Below, in pieces: positions 7,661 through 16,513 of a stretch of DNA of 57,253 bases (its first letter is position 1; every line of letters begins with the position of its first letter). Below the pieces are notes generated by a model that made no database searches, had not been told where the DNA came from, and saw only the letters and a list, made by a program, of their open reading frames with translations. A program made the position numbers and the translations under genes. Source of the stretch: a virus (taxonomy: Duplodnaviria > Caudoviricetes); IMG/VR virus record IMGVR_UViG_3300021223_000017, positions 1 to 57,253 of that record. One strand, 5' to 3'.

Positions 7661-10600
7661 GAAGAAAGATTCCCGACCATGGTGCGACGAATATCACCAA
7701 TATCATAAACAGCCAGGCCGTTATTATTGAGCAGCGATGAGCCGCCCGCGCCCTCACCACGTAGCGTGAGAGTACCCGCCCTGACATTGATCTCCAGCAG
7801 TGGCCTGCCCTTCGAATCCACAGTCTCCGACCGCAGCGTCATACCCAAGATGATTTCCTGAATGAACGCCTTGTTGATGATTGCCTGATTGAGGAACACC
7901 TGATTGCCTTGGACCACGAACATCGGCACGAGCTGGCCGCTGGCTTCGTCGACCACAGCAAAGCGCTGAGCAAAGATCAGAACCTCACCTGTTTCCCCGT
8001 CGGAGCCGATGGCCAGGCCAGCCATGACCTTCTTGCCGTTGGATGTGGTTTGCACCTTGATGGTGGTCTGCGCCGATACCTTGCCGTCTAGCGCTACCTG
8101 GGCCTTGCTGACTGTCTGCACCGACGCTGAGTTCTCCCCGACATCGGCCTTGATCGTCTTGATTTCCTCAGCGGTCGCCTCCTTGTCGGTGGCCATGGCT
8201 TTCTGGACGGTCACGATGGTGGCTGTGTTCTCCCCGACGTTGGCCTTGATCGTCTTAATTTCTTCGGCAGTTGCCTCCTTGTCAGAAGCCATGACTTTTT
8301 GGACTGTGACGATGCTGGCAGCGTTGTCGCCGACGCTGGCCTTGATTGTCCTGACCTCCTCGGCATTTGCCGCCCTGTCCGAGGCCACGGCGGTTTGAAC
8401 GGTGGTGATGCTGGCCGTGTTCTCCGCGACATTGGCCTCAACGATGTCGGTCCGCTGCGACTGGGCAAAATCCCGCTCAGCGATGGCAGCCATCAGCGAC
8501 CACGCGCCGGCGGATGAGGTGTTGTCGCCAGCACTGCCCTCCTCCGAGCCCGCAGAGTCAGACTTCACCAGCGCATAGACACCCTCCAGACGCTCAGCGG
8601 TGGCTGTGACCTTGCCGTCGACCTCTTCAATAGCGGTCTTGTTCTTGCTGATCTCCAGAGCCATGGCCGCGTTGGTCTCGGCAATGGTGCCCATGTCGAA
8701 CCAGAAGTTGGCGTTCGGCGGGGTTGTGTTGATCGGTACCGCCTTGGTCGCCTGGAACAATTTCTGCCCCACGCGAACCATGTCGCCCTTGGCATAGGCC
8801 TTGGACGGGACATATTCCAGCGCGTCGGTGATCTCGGAGATCAGGTCTTCCAGCTCCTGCTTGGCCTTGTCCAGACGGTCATTGACCGAGCCCGGCCCGC
8901 TGCCAGAAATCAGATCGATCTCGTCGCGCAGGGTTTTGTACAGCGCGCCCTTGCCGATTTTATCGGCGAAGTACTTGTCGTACTCGGTCTGGTCCGAGCT
9001 GGCCCGGCCATTCACTGCCCCAGGGATCGGCCAGAACGGCCCGACGTTGCCGGTGCGATCCACCAGGCGCGCCCAGAAGAAGAAACCCGCACCCGCCAGG
9101 ATGTTCTGCATCTCGTGCTTGGCCTGGGGGTAGCTAAAGTCGCTCAGCTTAGTAGCGTTCGCCAGTACCGCCGACTGGCTGTACCACAGCTCAGTGCGCT
9201 GGGTGTCCTCTGCACCTGGTGGAAATCCCCACTCGATGCCGATGCCATAGACCAGGCTGGTGGTGGTCAGGAACGACACCGCCGGCGGGAGGCCGACTTT
9301 GCCCTGAAGGTTGGTCAGGTTGGAGCTTTTCCAGATCGACGAAATTTCGAAGGCGCTCACCGAGCGAACGCGGGCCAAATATGCGCCCGAGTAGATGCCG
9401 GTGACGTCGACGCTGGTCGAGCCAGTGCGCTGCAGCTTGATCCAGTTGCCACTGTCCTTGCGCCACTCCACGTCATAGGCGATCGCGCCTTTAACGGCAG
9501 GCCACGAGATGTTCATGGTGCTGATAGCGATGCCTTGGTTTACGGCGTAGCTCGATGTCAGCGTTACGCTCGCCGGCGCCGGAACGACGGTGACCGGGAC
9601 AACGCTGATTGGCCTCTCTTCCAAGCGCGCGCCGGTGTCGATGTGCGCGAATTTGCTCGGATCGTACTGGACGGCCGAGATTTCAAACACGCCAGGCTCT
9701 GGCCGGGAAACGCTGGTGACGCGGTACAGCGGTATGGCCAAGTCGTCAGCATCGAGCGCCCACACTAGTTCGCGCTCAGGCGTGACGGAGTAGGCAGTGG
9801 TTACAGTTACTTTCCGACCGCTCACCAGTTGCACGGTCCGCCCTTCGCACTTTCCGTCTGGCAGGTTGAGTATGAGCCGGTCGCCCGGCTTGGCCTGGGT
9901 GTCGCGGTCCAGGGTGATGACCTTGCCGCTCACTGCCGAGATGCGCCCGCCTACAGGTCGACCAGCGAGCAGTTCGTCAGCGATTGGGATGACGTAGCCA
10001 GGCAGCGGAATGCGCCCGTCTAAGCCAACCTTGAAAATCACCGCCCGGTCCTTGGAGTTCGTGAGTAAGGCCCACTTGCCACGGCGCTGAGCTTCCGATT
10101 CACGGGTGCAGCCAATAGCGCTGATCTCCAGCGGATTGTCTCCGTAGCGGCGCTGAAGCTTCGGATCGGTCACCGCAGTGACGTCGGTGTCGTAGTTGTT
10201 CAGCGGGTTGTCGTAGCTGATCAGGGCGCGGGTGTAGCGGGTGCGCTCCGATGCACTCGAATAGGTAAACTTGCCATCGATGACGTTCGCGCGGGTATAA
10301 GCGAAGTCGAAGTCGGTAGCCCGCGGCATGTCCGACAGGGTGAAGACCTGGCCCTGGGCCCAGTAGGTCATGCCCCGGTAAATCGCCGAGATGTCGCGCA
10401 GCAGCGACCATGCGTCCGCCTTGCTCTGCAAGTTCAGATCGCAGATGAAACGCGGTTCCTGGCCACCCTTCCCGTTCGGCACCATCTGATCGCAATACTG
10501 CGAAATGCGGTACAGCTCCCACTTGTCCACCATCCATGGCTTGATGCGCCGGCCCAGGCCGAAGCGGTCATTAGTAGTAATACCGTAGGTGTGCCAGACC

Positions 10601-11448
10601 GGGTTGTCCGTCCACGCCTCTTTGAACGTACCGTCCCAGATACCGGTATAGCTGCGGGAGATTGGATCGTAGTTGCTCGGAACCTGCCACTTTCGGCCCT
10701 TACAGCGGATCGTTATGGCGGGAATGCTGCGGAACTGCTCGGCAGAAAACTCGATGTACAACAGCGCGGTGTTTGGGTACCGAATTTTCGCATCGATTAC
10801 CTCGGTAAAGCCGGCAATCTGCATGGTGTCGGAAATTTTGTTGTTGTTCTGGTTGATGGTCAGCCGAGTGACCCGGATAAGCCATCCGCTATTGGCCTTT
10901 GGCAGGTCGATACGGCGCGTGCGCTCGTAAACGGTAGTGGTTTTCCCGTCCACGGCCTCACTCAGAACCTGTTGATAGGCTCCGCCATCAGTTGCCAACT
11001 CGACTTTGTACTCGACCCGGTACCCGTTGATATTGCCGCCAACATCCACGGATTGGAGCGCCGGCCATGCCAGGCGCACGCGCACAGCAGAAAGTTGGGT
11101 GTTCGTGATTGCTCGAACCCATGGCGTGCCGCTACGCAACTCGACGCCAATGGTGATTTCGTTCTCTATGGATGGTATGCCCTGGATGTACGGTTGATCG
11201 ACCGAGCCCGTGCGCCACTCCCACTTTACGTTCGGGAAATTCATATTCCCCTGCGGATCTTGCAACGGGGTGCCGTCAACCCGAATGTCACGTGCTGATG
11301 GGATGCCATCAAAGTCACCCTCGCCAACAGCAATGAGCATTTTGGCAATAGCGATCGAGCGCAAGCTATCTGGCGCTTCAGTTGGCGTTTTTGGCTTATC
11401 CGAACCACCCTTCGCGCCGTAAATATCGATCTTTTTTGCTGCGCCCAT
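7657..11448 (-). CDS. Tail tip / host-specificity protein (lambda J-like)
   Basis: 1263 aa; GAKGG start, WTDNPVW, FnIII-like region, coiled-coil repeats, FAQRFAV C-terminal region. Confidence 0.93.
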   Translation of the reverse strand: MGAAKKIDIYGAKGGSDKPKTPTEAPDSLRSIAIAKMLIAVGEGDFDGIPSARDIRVDGTPLQDPQGNMNFPNVKWEWRTGSVDQPYIQGIPSIENEITIGVELRSGTPWVRAITNTQLSAVRVRLAWPALQSVDVGGNINGYRVEYKVELATDGGAYQQVLSEAVDGKTTTVYERTRRIDLPKANSGWLIRVTRLTINQNNNKISDTMQIAGFTEVIDAKIRYPNTALLYIEFSAEQFRSIPAITIRCKGRKWQVPSNYDPISRSYTGIWDGTFKEAWTDNPVWHTYGITTNDRFGLGRRIKPWMVDKWELYRISQYCDQMVPNGKGGQEPRFICDLNLQSKADAWSLLRDISAIYRGMTYWAQGQVFTLSDMPRATDFDFAYTRANVIDGKFTYSSASERTRYTRALISYDNPLNNYDTDVTAVTDPKLQRRYGDNPLEISAIGCTRESEAQRRGKWALLTNSKDRAVIFKVGLDGRIPLPGYVIPIADELLAGRPVGGRISAVSGKVITLDRDTQAKPGDRLILNLPDGKCEGRTVQLVSGRKVTVTTAYSVTPERELVWALDADDLAIPLYRVTSVSRPEPGVFEISAVQYDPSKFAHIDTGARLEERPISVVPVTVVPAPASVTLTSSYAVNQGIAISTMNISWPAVKGAIAYDVEWRKDSGNWIKLQRTGSTSVDVTGIYSGAYLARVRSVSAFEISSIWKSSNLTNLQGKVGLPPAVSFLTTTSLVYGIGIEWGFPPGAEDTQRTELWYSQSAVLANATKLSDFSYPQAKHEMQNILAGAGFFFWARLVDRTGNVGPFWPIPGAVNGRASSDQTEYDKYFADKIGKGALYKTLRDEIDLISGSGPGSVNDRLDKAKQELEDLISEITDALEYVPSKAYAKGDMVRVGQKLFQATKAVPINTTPPNANFWFDMGTIAETNAAMALEISKNKTAIEEVDGKVTATAERLEGVYALVKSDSAGSEEGSAGDNTSSAGAWSLMAAIAERDFAQSQRTDIVEANVAENTASITTVQTAVASDRAANAEEVRTIKASVGDNAASIVTVQKVMASDKEATAEEIKTIKANVGENTATIVTVQKAMATDKEATAEEIKTIKADVGENSASVQTVSKAQVALDGKVSAQTTIKVQTTSNGKKVMAGLAIGSDGETGEVLIFAQRFAVVDEASGQLVPMFVVQGNQVFLNQAIINKAFIQEIILGMTLRSETVDSKGRPLLEINVRAGTLTLRGEGAGGSSLLNNNGLAVYDIGDIRRTMVGNLSS
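8110..8436. repeat. Degenerate 96-bp (32-aa) tandem repeat, about 3.4 copies, inside J
   Basis: Units 8436-8341, 8340-8245, 8244-8149 plus a partial: AxVGENxAxIxTVQxxxAxDxxAxAEExxTIK. Confidence 0.9.
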
Positions 11449-11450
11449 GC

Positions 11451-11487
11451 TTTTCTCCAGGCAATAAAAAACCGCCTCATGGGCGGT
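11451..11487 (-). terminator. Terminator-RBS linker before J
   Basis: ACCGCCCATGAGGCGGTTTTTTATTGCCTGGAGAAAA. Confidence 0.75.
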
Positions 11488-11507
11488 GGCGGTGCTTTAG
11501 GTTTTGG

Positions 11508-12095
11508 CTACATCTGGTCTTCGGCGTAGATGCCGGCGCTGGCAATGGCACCGCCCCAATCTCTTTCGCCCGCACACAGCGGAACAGGATTACCAGATGC
11601 CGTTGTGTTCTTAGCGCTGCCGAAGGCGTAGCCGGGTGTGTTCTCGGGCGCCGCGCTGGTCTTCAGACCGCCGGCCTGGGGGCTGAGCATCTGGATCACG
11701 CCGCCCGCGACAAGACCTATGCCTGCCGGCGCGAGATAAGGCGCGGTGACCGGGAACACGTAGGAGATAGCCAGCAGCACCACGCCAACAATCGTTTGAA
11801 GAACCCCACCTCGCTTGCTCCCTGTTATGACTGGTGCGATTCGGATCTCACCCTCACCGCTATAGCTGAGCTCCTCAGCGCCGATATTCTTCCTTCCCCT
11901 GAAAACAGCGAACTCAATCCCCCTCGACTTCGCATTCGACAAAAATCGCTCGAAGCCAGGAATCTGAACGCAGAGCGCCTTGATAGCCTCAGCCGGTGTT
12001 CTAACAGACAATTTGAAGGACTTGCCAAACTGACGTAGTTGGCCAAAAAGCAGGACGGTAGTGAGTGGCTGATATTCGATTGCGAGAGCGGCCAT
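11508..12095 (-). CDS. Tail assembly protein I
   Basis: EAIKAL, IRIAPVITGSK, QTIVGVVL, GNPVP motifs. Confidence 0.9.
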   Translation of the reverse strand: MAALAIEYQPLTTVLLFGQLRQFGKSFKLSVRTPAEAIKALCVQIPGFERFLSNAKSRGIEFAVFRGRKNIGAEELSYSGEGEIRIAPVITGSKRGGVLQTIVGVVLLAISYVFPVTAPYLAPAGIGLVAGGVIQMLSPQAGGLKTSAAPENTPGYAFGSAKNTTASGNPVPLCAGERDWGGAIASAGIYAEDQM

Positions 12096-12101
12096 TAGAA
12101 A

Positions 12102-12133
12102 CTCCAGGCGTAAAAAAACCGCCCGTAGGCGGC
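12102..12133 (-). terminator. Terminator-RBS linker before I
   Basis: GCCGCCTACGGGCGG-T-run-ACGCCTGGAG. Confidence 0.7.
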
Positions 12134-12149
12134 TTGATGTAATTTTTCG

Positions 12150-12494
12150 TTAAAGGCAGTCGCGAACAGCCTTCTCAATGGATGCTCGCCCATATCCTGG
12201 AGCCCAAGACAGACGCTGATACAGTGCGACGGTGCTACCGCTCGCAGATCGGTTGACCTCTAGAAGCTCTTCAGCTGTCGAATCGGTGGCCACGATGAGC
12301 CTGTATCCGTTCTCTGTTTCGGTCATGGTTGCACCTGAACGCGCATCTTGCCATTTGGGCATAACGCAAAGCGCGTACTGCTTAGGCACCTTGCTCGACG
12401 AAGCGCTGATAGTTGCCTTGCCGCCTTTCAGGTCGGCAGGTGTTGTGCACCCCGCCAGCATCACCACCGCTACCGCCACTATCAAAATCCGCAT
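12150..12494 (-). CDS. Moron lipoprotein
   Basis: Signal peptide with lipobox LAGC. Confidence 0.8.
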   Translation of the reverse strand: MRILIVAVAVVMLAGCTTPADLKGGKATISASSSKVPKQYALCVMPKWQDARSGATMTETENGYRLIVATDSTAEELLEVNRSASGSTVALYQRLSWAPGYGRASIEKAVRDCL

Positions 12495-12532
12495 GTCGTT
12501 CCCTCTTTGGTTTGGCGGGACTGTAACACTGG
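12490..12532. repeat. 43-bp direct repeat, copy 1
   Basis: Matches 13569..13611 with one mismatch. Confidence 0.95.
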
Positions 12533-12540
12533 ATCAAGCT

Positions 12541-13011
12541 TCATGGAGCTGTGCCAGTGATCAGCCTGTGCCAGGCTTCCTTGGTCTCTTCATAGGATGC
12601 AAGTACTTGTATTTTGGGGAGCCAAAACTGCCCGTCATTCACGACACATTCCAAAGTAGAGTCTTGAAAAGTAAAGACATAGTGGACAAGATCGCTTAAA
12701 AAACGCTTTCGATCGTGTCTTGGATGAATAGAGTTTTGCCGTTCGAGTTCTCCAATCCAAGGCGAATTATCTATGCGATGCACTTGGTACTGCCTGAGGC
12801 CAAACGCAGTCAGAGGATGACCTCCCAGCGCCTCATCGTTTGGTGAGCCAAATTGAAACTTCTTGACTAGCGGAAACTGTATTACAGCGGTTTCTTCGTC
12901 ATCAGTGCCGTACCGCAGAAACAACATTGTGTCTGTGGCAAACACGATTGGCTCAGGAGATGCACTTGGCTGTGGCCAAGAATTGAGTAGCACAACAATC
13001 GGGGATGGCAT
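12541..13011 (-). CDS. Hypothetical moron protein
   Basis: 156-aa ORF, lower GC, FGSPNDEALGGHPL and HYVFTFQDSTLECV motifs. Confidence 0.7.
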   Translation of the reverse strand: MPSPIVVLLNSWPQPSASPEPIVFATDTMLFLRYGTDDEETAVIQFPLVKKFQFGSPNDEALGGHPLTAFGLRQYQVHRIDNSPWIGELERQNSIHPRHDRKRFLSDLVHYVFTFQDSTLECVVNDGQFWLPKIQVLASYEETKEAWHRLITGTAP

Positions 13012-13127
13012 AAGGACGCCTAACGAAAAACAGAAGCCGAAATAGGGTGATCAGTCAGATATATCACAACCCATAAAGTGCATGATCCATTTTACGGCAC
13101 GGCCCAGTGTAGGACGCCGCCAGATGC

Positions 13128-13152
13128 AAAAAGCCCAGCGCGGGATTGGGCT
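13128..13152 (-). terminator. Intrinsic terminator after the cupin gene
   Basis: AGCCCA-loop-TGGGCT followed by a T-run. Confidence 0.6.
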
Positions 13153-13226
13153 GGCATCAGCTCTCGTCAAAGAACACTCTCACACTATGAAAAGAGGACT
13201 GTCCGCACAAATCAGACCGCTCTCGA

Positions 13227-13538
13227 TCAGACGCTCCCCTCGCGCTCAATTACGAGTATTCGAGCTTCACCAAGAGGATGGGCAACGTGTTCACAACCGA
13301 CCCCCGCAAAAAAAACATCCCCCGCCGACAGCACAGCAATGTGCTCAACACCTAGCTCGCGGTAATGCATTTCAACGACTCCGTCTAGAACCGCAAATAC
13401 TTCCTCTCCATCGTTCACATGCCACTTGTAGGGCTGATCCGTCCAATGAAGACGCACTGTCGTGCCATCCATGTTTGCAATGTCCATGGCACCCCATGCG
13501 CGAGCAGCGACGAACTCTTTACTCCGGATTACCTTCAA
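13227..13538 (-). CDS. Cupin-domain protein
   Basis: WHVNDGEEVFAVLDG and LSAGDVFFAGVGCEH cupin motifs; TTG start. Confidence 0.85.
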   Translation of the reverse strand: MKVIRSKEFVAARAWGAMDIANMDGTTVRLHWTDQPYKWHVNDGEEVFAVLDGVVEMHYRELGVEHIAVLSAGDVFFAGVGCEHVAHPLGEARILVIEREGSV

Positions 13539-13568
13539 TCATTTTCTCCCTGACAGCTCAATCGAAGT

Positions 13569-13611
13569 CGCATGTCGTTCCCTCTTTGGTTTGGCGGGAC
13601 TGTAGCACTGG
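13569..13611. repeat. 43-bp direct repeat, copy 2
   Basis: Matches 12490..12532 with one mismatch. Confidence 0.95.
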
Positions 13612-13639
13612 GGGATGAATGCAAAAAAGCAGCACAAAC

Positions 13640-14014
13640 CTAATACTTCCCAGGTGGGTCGGTTTCGTAGAAAAAACGAAAGCATTGGCCAAGGAAACGC
13701 TTGGTGAACTTTTCGCCAGCCTCCTTCCTCTTCCCTGGGTCGCTCTCAATAGGAATGGTTTGCGCCTCAGAAATCATGTTCGCACGCGCCCGCTTTTGTA
13801 TCAAAGTAGGAGGAAACTGATCATCGAAATCAAGCTGGTAACCCTCTTGCCGATTGAGAAAAACTACTGCCGCGTCATGCTCGAACAACCGGCAGACATT
13901 CTGCTCCGCATTAGAAAACCTTACCTTTCCCTCGTCCATTGTCCAGGACCAGGCGTTTGAACTGGCGATCAGCCAAGCCCACGCGAAAACGATCGATGCA
14001 ACCTTGCCCCTCAT
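13640..14014 (-). CDS. Hypothetical exported moron protein
   Basis: N-terminal signal peptide (SSNAWS), two Cys. Confidence 0.65.
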   Translation of the reverse strand: MRGKVASIVFAWAWLIASSNAWSWTMDEGKVRFSNAEQNVCRLFEHDAAVVFLNRQEGYQLDFDDQFPPTLIQKRARANMISEAQTIPIESDPGKRKEAGEKFTKRFLGQCFRFFYETDPPGKY

Positions 14015-14053
14015 TATGATCCCTCATGCAAAGGCGCAAAGATTATCCTGAAC

Positions 14054-14086
14054 CTGGCCAGGCATCCAGCGTGGATGGAGTGCCAG
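14054..14086. promoter_or_regulatory. Tandem LexA-like boxes
   Basis: CTGGCCAGGCATCCAG (14054-69) and GTGGATGGAGTGCCAG (14071-86, one mismatch). Confidence 0.5.
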
Positions 14087-14143
14087 TAACTGGGCCGGGG
14101 CTTGCCGTAGTAGCGTTATGCCCTCATAAACCAAGGATCGGCC

Positions 14144-14374
14144 ATGTCGATAAGAAGCCTCGCGAAAAATCTACCAGCAGACCCGGATATGCCTGGATGG
14201 GTGCAGGGATGGGCAGTGGGTCGTAATGAACCATGGAGCTTCGTTGATATCTACGCCGACAAGAACGTCGCAGAGATCGAGGCTGAGCGCCTAGGTGATG
14301 GCCACACTGTGAAGTATGGGTCGCACAGGCTAGGAACCGATGAGTTTATGGGTGGCGGCGAAGAGCCTAGATAG
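14144..14374 (+). CDS. Hypothetical moron protein
   Basis: AAGGA RBS; 76 aa; antisense to the tail operon. Confidence 0.7.
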   Translation: MSIRSLAKNLPADPDMPGWVQGWAVGRNEPWSFVDIYADKNVAEIEAERLGDGHTVKYGSHRLGTDEFMGGGEEPR

Positions 14375-14621
14375 CGACCGCCTGCGCCAATCCAAAATCA
14401 ATTCTGCCCGGCCCATATACAAGCGCCGCTTCAAGCCCCGACTTGCCATAGTAGCTGCGGCTGTAGCCACCTTTGCCCTGGCACTTACCGGAGAATTTCA
14501 TGCGATCGATCTCGACACCACCATCAAGAATGGCGACTTCGGCTTCAGCGCCGCAGATACCGGCGTCGGAAATGATGAAGAGGTCGTGAATGGTCAGCGT
14601 GTAGCGTTGAGTTGCTTGCAT
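14367..14621 (-). CDS. Hypothetical protein
   Basis: GGAGAAGG RBS; 84 aa directly after K. Confidence 0.65.
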   Translation of the reverse strand: MQATQRYTLTIHDLFIISDAGICGAEAEVAILDGGVEIDRMKFSGKCQGKGGYSRSYYGKSGLEAALVYGPGRIDFGLAQAVAI

Positions 14622-14646
14622 ACCCTTCTCCGGCGGCCCTGCCGCG

Positions 14647-15408
14647 TCATGGTTGTTTTGCGTCTTTGTGCCTGAGAATCAAACGTGTCCGGTCGTGCCA
14701 GGGACCTCCGTAGACGATGATCTCGGACGGCCTGCCGTACAGGTGGTGCAGAAGGAATGGGCCAGGTCCGAATGCACCAGGCTCTTCACCGGGCAATGCC
14801 GGATCGGTGCCAAGGTAGATCCCCGCATGATTTGGATGCGCTGTCCGCCCGACCTGCATAACGATCATGTCACCACGCTGCGGCCGGTCGGCTCGCACAA
14901 AGCCGGCGGCCTCGTAGTGCTGCTCGTAGAGGCTCGCGTTCTCCGCACTCTCCCACCAGCCATCGGTGCGCTGGAAGGCTTCGAACTCAATCCCCAATTC
15001 CCTTTGGTACCAGTCAGCGCAAACCTGCCAGCAGTCCCAGGCACCGTGCACAAACGGACGTCTGAGCAGCGGCGTGCTGCCGGTTGGCGTGATCGTGCGC
15101 AAATCCCCCTCGGGCCACGACAGAATGTGCCAGGGCAAGGCCGTAGCCTCGCACATAGCCAGGTCGTGCGATGACGGCCGACTGGTAGCGTCTGGGTGTG
15201 AGTGCACAATGCCGATCACCTCGCCCAGATCTTCCGCCGCAGCGTAGTCCTCGGGATCAAGCCGGAACTCTTCGCTCGATTCCGTGGCGATGTTCCGACA
15301 CGGGAAATACTTCTGCTTGCGCCCGATTGCCAGCAGCAGGCCACAGCACTCTTTCGGGTACTGTGCGGCCGCGTGCGCCTGGATGGCCGCGATGATGTGC
15401 TTACGCAT
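14647..15408 (-). CDS. Tail assembly protein K (JAB + NlpC/P60)
   Basis: ECCG, HSHPD, DCW, NHAGIYLG, LHH motifs. Confidence 0.93.
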   Translation of the reverse strand: MRKHIIAAIQAHAAAQYPKECCGLLLAIGRKQKYFPCRNIATESSEEFRLDPEDYAAAEDLGEVIGIVHSHPDATSRPSSHDLAMCEATALPWHILSWPEGDLRTITPTGSTPLLRRPFVHGAWDCWQVCADWYQRELGIEFEAFQRTDGWWESAENASLYEQHYEAAGFVRADRPQRGDMIVMQVGRTAHPNHAGIYLGTDPALPGEEPGAFGPGPFLLHHLYGRPSEIIVYGGPWHDRTRLILRHKDAKQP

Positions 15409-15410
15409 GG

Positions 15411-16163
15411 TCAGCTCCGGGCAATGAGGGATACAGCGGGGAATCCGCCGAATGAGAGCTCGTTGTTTTCGCCGAAGCGCAACTTGCAGGACGACAGACA
15501 GCCCTTGCACTGGTCTTTGGCGGGATCGTCCGTGGGTGTGTCCTCGTCGTCGAACATGGCCGCGCCGGTGTATCCGCAGTCCGGCCCTCGGTAACCATTG
15601 GTCATGGCCCAGTGGCAGAAGGTCGTCATCTGCCGCCCTGGTAGCCCGTGGTTATCAATCTCGCCCGGGGAAGACAACTCCCAGACTACGGCCTCGCCGT
15701 CCTCACTGATTTTCTGGTCGATGTACCAGATCTCCAGCGCCTCTTGGGTCGGATTGGCCGTTGGGTTGCCTTCGGGAAAGTTCACCGCGTCCAGGTACTG
15801 AGCCAGGGTCTCGCGAACAGTCAGCTTGAACTTCAGCATGTCCTCGAAGGCCAGGCACAACGCCGTGACGCGCCCGTTTATGTTGCCGGCGGCGAACGTC
15901 GGCCTGGACGCAGTGCCGTCGCTACTCGATGATATCCCCTCGATCTGCACGGGCCAGGCTGCGTACTCCTCGCCCTGCCACCATATCGACTTGGCCGGCA
16001 GATCCTCTTCCGAATGTTCGTAGGCCAGCAGTTCCGCCGGCGTATGCGGGATGGCGTGGCCGTGGAAGCGCAGGTAATCCGCGCCATACTCGGTTCCGTC
16101 AATTTCGAACAGGCGAATTTCGGCGCCGGGCTCCAGTTTCTGGATGTCCGTGATCAGTGCCAT
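15411..16163 (-). CDS. Minor tail protein L
   Basis: C-terminal Cys cluster CHW...CGY...C..C and FGGFP. Confidence 0.93.
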   Translation of the reverse strand: MALITDIQKLEPGAEIRLFEIDGTEYGADYLRFHGHAIPHTPAELLAYEHSEEDLPAKSIWWQGEEYAAWPVQIEGISSSSDGTASRPTFAAGNINGRVTALCLAFEDMLKFKLTVRETLAQYLDAVNFPEGNPTANPTQEALEIWYIDQKISEDGEAVVWELSSPGEIDNHGLPGRQMTTFCHWAMTNGYRGPDCGYTGAAMFDDEDTPTDDPAKDQCKGCLSSCKLRFGENNELSFGGFPAVSLIARS

Positions 16164-16174
16164 GGGCGGTTATC

Positions 16175-16513
16175 TCAGGGGTGAAAGGTTTGTTCGAAGG
16201 TGGCAGTGATCGCGTAGACCGCGCCGCCGCGATGCACAGGCTTGTAGCCGTTGCACTTGTAAAGCCCGAGATCGCCCAAGGGCGGCTCCCAGAGGAAGCC
16301 CTTGGCGCCCTTGTGCCGGTCTATGAACTTCATGATCTCCTTGATGCGACTCTTCATGCCTGTGAAGGTCACCGGCCAGGACTGGGACTTATTGTTGATC
16401 CCGTCCTCGACGGACTGCGCGTAGCCGTCGGCAAACTGCTTGGTGCGTACGCGCTGGGAGATCTCCCCCTCGACCCCTTTCTCGGTTGCCCAGGTGAATC
16501 GTTCGATTGCCAT
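16175..16513 (-). CDS. Minor tail protein M
   Basis: FADGYAQ...DGIN, FLWEPP, ATFEQ. Confidence 0.9.
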   Translation of the reverse strand: MAIERFTWATEKGVEGEISQRVRTKQFADGYAQSVEDGINNKSQSWPVTFTGMKSRIKEIMKFIDRHKGAKGFLWEPPLGDLGLYKCNGYKPVHRGGAVYAITATFEQTFHP

